Shown here piece by piece: positions 56,555 to 64,000 of a DNA stretch of 64,000 nt. The DNA comes from an uncultured Chitinophagaceae bacterium (GTDB lineage: Bacteria; Bacteroidota; Bacteroidia; Chitinophagales; Chitinophagaceae), in assembly GCA_963779595.1 (NCBI GenBank), contig CAVZYY010000005.1, forward strand, positions 636,640 to 700,639. The letters are read 5' to 3'. The position numbers and the translations under genes were made by a program. Positions within the stretch are counted from its first letter, which is position 1, and the number at the start of each line of letters is the position of its first letter. A model generated the notes under the pieces. The model saw nothing but the letters and a program-made list of their open reading frames with translations, was not told where the DNA came from and made no database searches.

Positions 56555-57631
56555 TCAGATCCCTCCTGCTGTTAAACTAGAAACATTCTCATAATTTTCA
56601 AAAATATCTGCCAGCTTATTTTCATAGTGTTTCAGGAGTTTATCCTGGAAATTCACTGGATCCGGCTTTGCCCAATATTTGGAGGCATTTAAACTCATTA
56701 CAACCCCATGGCTATTTCTCTTATTTCTCTTCGTTTTGGCATTCCAGCTTTTTGCAGTTATGTTCATGAACCGGTTCTCAAAAAAATTACCCACCCGGTT
56801 ATTGAGTGATTTTTCCACGATCCCCTTAACCAGACTGGTTTTTATTGGTTTAGCATGATTGATCCGCATATAGTTATTGGGTAAAAATTCTTTTGTCCAG
56901 CTGTTGGCGACAAAAAATTTTTCAAATACTTCGATGCCGTATAAGGGAAGTAGCGTAACAATTTCAGTGGCGGTATAAATATTTTTTTCAACGATCGCGG
57001 GTTGCAATTCATCAATAAAATAATTCATACAGAAAAAATGCTGTTTGTTAAATAAAAAAGTGAGTTTTTTAAAAGCATGCAGCCATGTACGTGCGATCCA
57101 TAACCTGTTCTTTGCAGCTATGATAAAAAAATCGATGTCCGCAGTCTCATCTGCAAAGTTCTTTGACAGGGAGCCTGAAATGGCCACGCCACGTACATAG
57201 GGGAATTTTGATAACAGTTTTGCAACAACAGCAGCTTTTTTAAGCATCCGCTCCGCTTTTGCATTTCCCTTATTGCGCCTTTCAGCTAACTGGAGGTTAT
57301 TTTGGAGACTAAAAAATCCCCCGATGTCATAAATAATAGAATCATTGATGAGCAGGCTTAAAGCCGCATCAAATTCCGGGGCAGGATAGGGTTGTTGTAA
57401 AAAAATAAAGACCTCCCTTTTTTTTAAAGGATACTCAAACATATCGAAATAAGCGAGCGTGGCTAATATGTCTTTTTTAATACACAATTTCTTTATTTGT
57501 ATATAAGTTGATCTATTATGAAGGTCGTTTTTTTCTTTAATAAAAACGGTATTAACTGGTAATGGTTGCCTGTCTTTCTCTTCCCGGAGAACCATTCTTC
57601 GAAAGCATAAAGAAAGCAAAGAAAAATCCAT
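56555..57631 (-). CDS. Nucleotidyltransferase-domain protein (true start probably downstream of 57631)
   Basis: LAYFDMFEYPL; PYVRGVAISGSLS......DIDFFII..RLWIAR; FCMNYFID; IYTATE. Confidence 0.8.
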   Translation of the reverse strand: MDFSLLSLCFRRMVLREEKDRQPLPVNTVFIKEKNDLHNRSTYIQIKKLCIKKDILATLAYFDMFEYPLKKREVFIFLQQPYPAPEFDAALSLLINDSIIYDIGGFFSLQNNLQLAERRNKGNAKAERMLKKAAVVAKLLSKFPYVRGVAISGSLSKNFADETADIDFFIIAAKNRLWIARTWLHAFKKLTFLFNKQHFFCMNYFIDELQPAIVEKNIYTATEIVTLLPLYGIEVFEKFFVANSWTKEFLPNNYMRINHAKPIKTSLVKGIVEKSLNNRVGNFFENRFMNITAKSWNAKTKRNKRNSHGVVMSLNASKYWAKPDPVNFQDKLLKHYENKLADIFENYENVSSLTAGGI

Positions 57632-58817
57632 AAAAAAAGATCCCCTTATTCACATCAAGCAGGTTCTCCCCAAGTGAAACAATGATCATCAATGTTATGA
57701 AACCAAACAAAAATATATCCCTGGCTTTTATGGAATGCCAAAGGCCCCAAAACAAGGTGGATATATATACAAACAGGCCCATTATTCCGCTGGTTATTAA
57801 AAAACTAAGGTACTGGTTGTGTGCATTCAGCTCATTGAGATAAGAAAAATACATCTTACGTTCAAAATATACATCCTTTAATAAGGGCAGCTCTGTTCCG
57901 CTTCCATAGCCAAAGACAGGAGCACCCCTAACGAGGTCAATTGCAGTGTTCCAGCGGGCGATCCGCCAGTCAATCCGTTTATTCTCCTGCTTGTCAAAAA
58001 GGTCTTTCTTGAACTGAACCCAAAAACGATTCCGGAAAACATCTACGGATAAAATAATGGTTGCAACGGACAGCGTTGCCAGTGAAACAACTATTAAAAA
58101 TACAATGCGCTTCCTGCTTTTTAATACAAAAAACGGGAACCCGGTAAAGAGTACGATCATCAAAGCGATGCAGGCAGATTTTGAACTTAGCATCACGAGG
58201 CCGCCAAACAAAATAGCTAGGCAGACGAATGAAAATATTTGTTGGCTGAATGTTTTGTACGTAAATAAGCGTTGTAAGAAATATAAAATAGACAAAACTA
58301 CAAACATGGAAAGGTATGCAGCGTGAATATTAACAGGCTTTGAAAAATTATGGTTAACAAAGATCGGTGAGAACAGGACCTTAAATGGCAGATCATGGTA
58401 GAGGATCACATGAAAAGCATCCCCGAAAAGATAAATGATAGTAAGCGTGCACCCCAGCGCAAAGCCAAGCATCAGCTGCGACCGGTATTTTTTAATGTCC
58501 AGATCAGCGACGCTGAATAACAATGGGAACAAAAAAATGGCCATTTGTTTTGTGGCATGGTCAAACCCGCCCCGGGGATTCAATGAATAAGTTGCCGAAA
58601 TCAATGTTATGAAAAATACAGACTGCAAAATGAATGTTTTGCCGGATATTTTTTTTAATTGTCCTTTATTGAAATGAATACAAATGTGCAAAAGGAAACT
58701 GATAAGAATTATAGAACTGTAAAAACGGTCGAAAGGCAATGCCAGCAGGAACAGGAGAATATGATAATAACTTATCTTATTTTTAATACTGTCTTCTATA
58801 TAAAATATTTCCTTCAT
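57552..58817 (-). CDS. O-antigen ligase (WaaL/Wzy_C) family membrane protein
   Basis: Many TMs; SSKSA; RIARW..P.FGYGSG; NAHNQYL..GIMG. Confidence 0.88.
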   Translation of the reverse strand: MKEIFYIEDSIKNKISYYHILLFLLALPFDRFYSSIILISFLLHICIHFNKGQLKKISGKTFILQSVFFITLISATYSLNPRGGFDHATKQMAIFLFPLLFSVADLDIKKYRSQLMLGFALGCTLTIIYLFGDAFHVILYHDLPFKVLFSPIFVNHNFSKPVNIHAAYLSMFVVLSILYFLQRLFTYKTFSQQIFSFVCLAILFGGLVMLSSKSACIALMIVLFTGFPFFVLKSRKRIVFLIVVSLATLSVATIILSVDVFRNRFWVQFKKDLFDKQENKRIDWRIARWNTAIDLVRGAPVFGYGSGTELPLLKDVYFERKMYFSYLNELNAHNQYLSFLITSGIMGLFVYISTLFWGLWHSIKARDIFLFGFITLMIIVSLGENLLDVNKGIFFYGFFFAFFMLSKNGSPGRERQATITS

Positions 58818-59920
58818 AACCTGGAGCGAAAACATTCCTGGAAATAATCATCATATTGCCCAATGATCTTTTCCCAGTTAAATTCATGCTGAATGGCAGC
58901 ATAATTATTGACAATAAATGTTTCATTCTTTTCTTTATCCTCATTGGCATCTATGATTTTACCTACTTCTTCTTCATTGCTGAAGTAAAGTGCGTTCTCT
59001 TTCAGGATACACTTATTAAATTGGTTCGAGTGAGCTGCGATCATTGCCTCTGCAGCCATTGCTTCCAGTAAGGAAGGATTGGTACCACCTACGCTATGTC
59101 CATGGAAATATAACTTCGAAAAATGGGCGATGCTTTTTACTTTCAACGGCTCGAACAATGGACCCAGGAAAATAATACGGGCCTCATTCCTGTATTTGTT
59201 GAGAAGGTATTTTCCATAGCCGTTCCCGGTATTGCCGATCACCATGAATTTTTTATTCGAATTGCTTAAAAGAAATCCATCGAGCACCATTTCAATATTA
59301 TTTTCCCGCTCCATGCGTGCCATCAACAGGAAGTATTGTTTTTTTTCCAGGCCATATTCCTGCAAAAGTTTTTCAGCCGCGTCCCCGCACAGGTCGGCGC
59401 CGTACCCGATATACTTTGCCTCGGTCCTGTATTTTTCATCAAGATATTTTTTTATCATAGGCGAATCGGCGATCAGGAAAGGGGTTGAAAGTACAGCCTG
59501 CTTCTCTGCGTATTTAAGGAATTTTTGTACCTTCTTTGAATATTTCGTCCGTTCAAATTCCAGACCGTCCATATTATAAATGATGGCCGGTTTTTTTGGA
59601 TAGATCTTTCTCCAGATAGAACTGCTTGTATATCCAAGCATCAGGATGATATCAAAATGCTTTTTCCTGGCATCGAGGATGCAGTTAAGATCATAAATGA
59701 ACTGGCCGGCACCGCCCATCAGGAATTCTGGATCAAAGCAATGAATGATCTGCACGCCATTCCATTCCTTTTTAGTGTAAGGATGATTATGGGAATTATA
59801 TACACTCACGGTATGCCCTTTCTCAACAAGTCCTTGTGCTAAATAGCCAGTTATTTGTTCAAAGCCTCCATAATAATTGGGGATCCCTCTTGTTCCGAGG
59901 ATTGCAATATTTAATTTCAT
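58814..59920 (-). CDS. DUF1972 glycosyltransferase family 4
   Basis: IAILGTRGIPNYYGGFE, NMDGLEFERTK, HGHSVGGTNPSLLEAM. Confidence 0.92.
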   Translation of the reverse strand: MKLNIAILGTRGIPNYYGGFEQITGYLAQGLVEKGHTVSVYNSHNHPYTKKEWNGVQIIHCFDPEFLMGGAGQFIYDLNCILDARKKHFDIILMLGYTSSSIWRKIYPKKPAIIYNMDGLEFERTKYSKKVQKFLKYAEKQAVLSTPFLIADSPMIKKYLDEKYRTEAKYIGYGADLCGDAAEKLLQEYGLEKKQYFLLMARMERENNIEMVLDGFLLSNSNKKFMVIGNTGNGYGKYLLNKYRNEARIIFLGPLFEPLKVKSIAHFSKLYFHGHSVGGTNPSLLEAMAAEAMIAAHSNQFNKCILKENALYFSNEEEVGKIIDANEDKEKNETFIVNNYAAIQHEFNWEKIIGQYDDYFQECFRSRL

Positions 59921-61059
59921 AGAGAACCGGATTGTAGCATTTCACAGAAATGGGATGCACTTTTTTGCCAGCAATATTTATTGCGGATCGAGTGGCGGAC
60001 CTTTTGAATGAATTCTTCCGAAACAGGATGGTTGATCATATCGGTTAATTTCTCTTCAAATTCATGTTCGGAATCCGGGTTGAATGTATAGGGCTCAAAA
60101 AAATCAAAATCACGCATAGCGGAAGCATTGGAGCAAAGAACGGGAGCCCCGCAAAATGCCGCTTCGAGGGGAGGAATTCCAAACCCTTCTCCCTTTGAAG
60201 GATAAACAAATAAACGGCAGGATCCGTAAAAACCAACAAGGTCCACTTGCGGGATATCACTTAAGAAATGAATATATTTTTTTTGTTCCTGGCTTAGTGA
60301 ACCCACCAGCAGGTTAAATTCAGGTACTTCGATCGATTTTTTTCCAATAAAAACCAATGGGATTTCCTTTTTATACAACTCAAGCTGGATGTATTTTTTT
60401 AGCAGCAGCAGATGATTTTTCCTGGGTTCAAACCTGCTTACAAAGAGTATGAAATTATCAATACCGTAATGTTCTTTAATATAAACGACCGCTTCCTTCC
60501 GCGAAGCGAAATTTTTTGAAAATGCATCGTTTACCGCATTGGGGATGATGCATATTTCTGATTCCGGTGTTCTCAGGTACCGCGAAATAGAGCGCCTTGA
60601 ATGATGTGACACGGTTGTTTTAAAATAAGCTTTTTTAAAACTCCGGCTGAAAAGGATCCGCCTCACCTGTGCATATAATAATGAAAAATCTTCAGGTCGT
60701 TCCTGGTACATTACATCGTGAAGGGTTACAATATATTTACACCCGTTGATCTGCCTTGGAGCAATATATTGAAAGTGCGCATAATCAAAATCGTGTTTTT
60801 TTATGAAACCGGGAATATCTGAAAACATCCGCCGGATGCCCCCATTTTTATAAGGCAAGATCTGTTTCTCATCAAGATCCGGGAATGCGTTCCTGATAAG
60901 GTCTGCACGGTATGCACCAAAATAGATCTCAATACCAGGGTATGCTTTTAGAATGGCTGTATACAGTTCCCGTATAAAGGTTTGCGTTCCCTGCAGCTCA
61001 GTATCGAAGCTGTGGGCATCAACAAATATTTTTATTTTTTTATCTGTTTTTTTGTTCAT
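59917..61059 (-). CDS. Glycosyltransferase family 4
   Basis: VTLHD, FVSRFEPRKN, YPSKGEGFGIPPLEA. Confidence 0.92.
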   Translation of the reverse strand: MNKKTDKKIKIFVDAHSFDTELQGTQTFIRELYTAILKAYPGIEIYFGAYRADLIRNAFPDLDEKQILPYKNGGIRRMFSDIPGFIKKHDFDYAHFQYIAPRQINGCKYIVTLHDVMYQERPEDFSLLYAQVRRILFSRSFKKAYFKTTVSHHSRRSISRYLRTPESEICIIPNAVNDAFSKNFASRKEAVVYIKEHYGIDNFILFVSRFEPRKNHLLLLKKYIQLELYKKEIPLVFIGKKSIEVPEFNLLVGSLSQEQKKYIHFLSDIPQVDLVGFYGSCRLFVYPSKGEGFGIPPLEAAFCGAPVLCSNASAMRDFDFFEPYTFNPDSEHEFEEKLTDMINHPVSEEFIQKVRHSIRNKYCWQKSASHFCEMLQSGSL

Positions 61060-61093
61060 CGCGTGTAATTATTCAAAAAAGTAGGATAGTGTA

Positions 61094-62044
61094 TTAAGTT
61101 TGTTTCGATAGATGATATATCCGCTCAATGGCTCTTTTCGGAAAAAAGGATAGCATCCAGAGAAAATAGCTTCGCGTATAACCCGGTTGAAGCGAAATAA
61201 CTTTTCGGATATTCTGCCTTGCTTTAATGGGATTGTAATTATTCCATAAGAATTTTTTTGCCAATAGAAAATAATACGCCCCTTCTTTTTCCTTTGAATT
61301 ATTTTGTTTGCGGATCAGTGTCAGCAGTTTCCCCGATTCAGCCGGACTGATGTTCCCGGTCTTTAATGCATTATGCTTGATCACATGAAAGGCTTTTGGC
61401 CGCATCCTTTCATCCATGGTAAGCGATCCGGGATTTAAACGAACCCTTACAAAGCGCTCGGGCATATTAAACATTTTGCCCTGCTCTTTGATCTGCTGCC
61501 ATAAAAGATGATCTTCAAAACTGTGCGCATAAATATTATAAGCTGTTTTTATCACGGCGTCTTTTTTATAAAATACCGTTGCATGAATAAAGGGACATGC
61601 ATCATATGACAACTTTTTTATCTGCTCATCTGTTGTTGCGGGAGGATCATAGGTAAAAATATAATTGCCAGACGCATCCGTATATTCTGCTGAAGATCCT
61701 ATCACAATATATCCCGGATTTGATAACATAAAATTGTATTGCTTTTCAAGCCGGTCTGGATAACAGGTATCATCGGCATCAATGCGGGCAATATAAGGAG
61801 CCCGTGCATGACGAAGGCCTGTGTTCAATGCCGCAGCAACGCCATTGTTTGCCTGGTGAACCAATACGATCCTTTCATCAGAGAATGATTCGATCACTGC
61901 AACCGTATCGTCTGTCGACCCATCATTTACGATCAATAATTCAAAGGCGCTAAATGTCTGCGACAGCACAGATTCAATAGCCTCCCCGATATATTCGGCG
62001 GCATTATAAGCAGGCATCAATATCGTTATTTTTATTTCATCCAT
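61094..62044 (-). CDS. Glycosyltransferase family 2
   Basis: ILMPAYNA, VNDGSTD, IARIDADD, FED. Confidence 0.93.
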   Translation of the reverse strand: MDEIKITILMPAYNAAEYIGEAIESVLSQTFSAFELLIVNDGSTDDTVAVIESFSDERIVLVHQANNGVAAALNTGLRHARAPYIARIDADDTCYPDRLEKQYNFMLSNPGYIVIGSSAEYTDASGNYIFTYDPPATTDEQIKKLSYDACPFIHATVFYKKDAVIKTAYNIYAHSFEDHLLWQQIKEQGKMFNMPERFVRVRLNPGSLTMDERMRPKAFHVIKHNALKTGNISPAESGKLLTLIRKQNNSKEKEGAYYFLLAKKFLWNNYNPIKARQNIRKVISLQPGYTRSYFLWMLSFFPKRAIERIYHLSKQT

Positions 62045-63678
62045 CAGGCCGGCTGTGCATTTTGTTTAATATCCGTAAACATCAATAATTCGAACAGGAC
62101 TAACATTGACAATTGTTCAAACCAATAATCTACCATAAAGGCAGAAAGCACGATCAATAATAACGGGACGCCATAGCTGAGATTTTTATACCGCCTCCCG
62201 AAAAAACCGATATAGAAAAACAGCAGCGCCAAAATCCCTGCAATGCCATATTCGGTAAACAGCTGCCCGTATACCGATGCAGGATAGTTGACAATGGAAT
62301 GCAGTGCAACATTTCTTGTAAAATAATAACAATACAGCCACAGGTGATTGTATAGAAAATCATTACTAATATAAGTAAATTGATGCGGGTAACCACCGGC
62401 TATATTTAAGCCCGTGGCCTTAAATGCCAGCTTTGACGAAAAATTGCCGACCCCTGCGCCGGTAAGTATTTTCTGCGGGTGTTGCGCGAAAAATCTAAAT
62501 GCCTGTACGAAAGCAATAGCCTTGCCCGGTAATTCATGAACGGTTGGAAAAGGGGTACCCGGAGATTGCATTTTGCTGTTCATAAAAGATAACAAGCGCT
62601 GCTGATCAGCGGAAGTATCCTTCCTGCTTTGAAAGGCCGAAGCATGTATATTTTCTGTTGGCAATTCCGGGCGGGTATAGATTTTTATAGCACCAACCTG
62701 CACGCCTCCGTCATCTGCCAGCCGCTCCTGGTCTGATTGTTCGGTCCTTTCAAGGCTATCAAGATATAAGGTCGCGATCCTTTCCTTTCTTTCAGTGATC
62801 GTCAGCATACTGTCAGGCTTGTCCCTTAGGGCCAGGGCCTTTGCTTTCGGGACATATTTTATGTCAGCTTCCGATAAATATTTTTTAAAGCTGCCGCTGA
62901 TATACCGGCTGTTTTCCGGGGAGATCTTTGTAAAGAAAATTACGAGCATCATCATGCAAACCGCCATCACGCTTTTTTGCTCCCTCGTGCTGTTGAAGAT
63001 GAAAAGCCATAAAAAAACGAGCGCTAAAATGATATTGGTGAAATTACTTCCGGTAAGAATGAGTATGGCCATGCAGGCGATAACCATTACATATTTTCGC
63101 TGCGCCAGGAAATAGACAACGCCAAATGCATTGATCAGCGCGTTGGTTGTTGAAGTATCGAAAGAGATACCCCTGATATGATCACCGGTATTTGCAAAAT
63201 AACGCTGGAATTCCCCCTGGTACCGGAAGGGATTTTGAAAGCCTATTTCCCCCGCGATGATAAGCAGGCTAACAAGTGAAACAACAATATTCAACAGAAA
63301 AAAAAGCCGGATCGTATTGTGCAGTATATTGATCTCCGTTCGGTCTACGATCAATTTTACCTGGTGAATGGCCAAAATGCAAAGCAACCAAAACGCAACT
63401 CCTGTAAGCGTAACGAACCCGTAATTGATCGTGAAGTTTTGATAAAGGACCCAGTTAATCACCGCGATCCCAATGGCCAGTAAATAAAATAAAGGCAGCC
63501 TTGAATTCCGTAGCCTGAACCCGAAGCGGAAGTCAGGCTGAAAAACATATATTAATACGATTGCCGCAGCTTTAATGATCAGCTTAACATCCATGAATAA
63601 TATCAGAAAAACGAGCAACCTCCACTCGAATGCATTTGACGATTTTTTAAAAGAAAATGCACTCAGGCTGGTATTCAT
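62044..63678 (-). CDS. Polytopic membrane protein, probable Wzy-like polymerase/ligase
   Basis: Multiple TMs, large periplasmic loop, TGAGVGNFSS, LFTEYGIAG. Confidence 0.65.
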   Translation of the reverse strand: MNTSLSAFSFKKSSNAFEWRLLVFLILFMDVKLIIKAAAIVLIYVFQPDFRFGFRLRNSRLPLFYLLAIGIAVINWVLYQNFTINYGFVTLTGVAFWLLCILAIHQVKLIVDRTEINILHNTIRLFFLLNIVVSLVSLLIIAGEIGFQNPFRYQGEFQRYFANTGDHIRGISFDTSTTNALINAFGVVYFLAQRKYVMVIACMAILILTGSNFTNIILALVFLWLFIFNSTREQKSVMAVCMMMLVIFFTKISPENSRYISGSFKKYLSEADIKYVPKAKALALRDKPDSMLTITERKERIATLYLDSLERTEQSDQERLADDGGVQVGAIKIYTRPELPTENIHASAFQSRKDTSADQQRLLSFMNSKMQSPGTPFPTVHELPGKAIAFVQAFRFFAQHPQKILTGAGVGNFSSKLAFKATGLNIAGGYPHQFTYISNDFLYNHLWLYCYYFTRNVALHSIVNYPASVYGQLFTEYGIAGILALLFFYIGFFGRRYKNLSYGVPLLLIVLSAFMVDYWFEQLSMLVLFELLMFTDIKQNAQPA

Positions 63679-63807
63679 TAATATATGTTTTTTAACCTGT
63701 TTAAATAATAACGGCTAGCACGGCCAATCTTTGATCATATCTCCTGGTGTAAACCTTTCTATGATAATACGTTGTCATTTTGAAATGGGTTGCCCCATGA
63801 TCCTGCT

Positions 63808-64000
63808 TTATTGATACAGTGCCTGCAATGTTTTCCAGTCTTTTCCCCGGAATTGCCTGGAAATAAAGACAATGCCCACATAAATGAATAGTGGTAAAGC
63901 GATGGCCAAAGCCTTATTCGTAAAATATTCATGAGCGATCAATCCGCAGCCAAAAGCCACTGCTGGCCATAGCATTAGCCGGTAGCGCCTGGCAACAGGC
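63808..64000 (-). CDS. C-terminal end of a membrane protein (probable Wzx-type flippase), partial
   Basis: Hand translation ...RYRLMLWPAVAFGCGLIAHEYFTNKALAIALPLFIYVGIVFISRQFRGKDWKTLQALYQ*; identity inferred from context only. Confidence 0.5.
   Translation of the reverse strand, partial: PVARRYRLMLWPAVAFGCGLIAHEYFTNKALAIALPLFIYVGIVFISRQFRGKDWKTLQALYQ

Overview
Bacteroidota chromosome segment, probably Chitinophagaceae (T9SS C-terminal domains, TAnnTTTG -7 promoter boxes, DUF5777/YceI and PorT-like genes). 1-12.9 kb: accessory genes whose spacers are filled with modular palindromic repeats, with empty and filled alleles of a 23-nt micro-insertion side by side. About 13.0-21.95 kb: an AT-rich island just downstream of tRNA-Arg(CCT). 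It holds the best candidate for a new system, a tightly coupled six-gene minus-strand operon: DUF6932-type nucleotidyltransferase, XRE-HTH, KGGVGR ParA/MinD-type ATPase with TPRs, double ubiquitin-like protein ending -TDKS (no Gly), E2-like/ThiF-E1 fusion lacking the usual E1 cysteines, and a DUF6527-type Cys/His protein. A 16-bp palindrome overlaps its promoter, and a PIN-like gene converges on it. 22-41 kb: housekeeping genes (pirin, UvrD-nuclease, recR), a cytochrome c/YceI/beta-barrel/LytS-LytTR cluster and an ECF sigma pair. 41.5-64 kb: a surface-glycan locus with an embedded cassette of three radical SAM enzymes, four methyltransferases and an amidohydrolase. Several single-base indels in otherwise intact genes look like assembly errors. 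All family names come from recognising motifs by eye; no database search was run.
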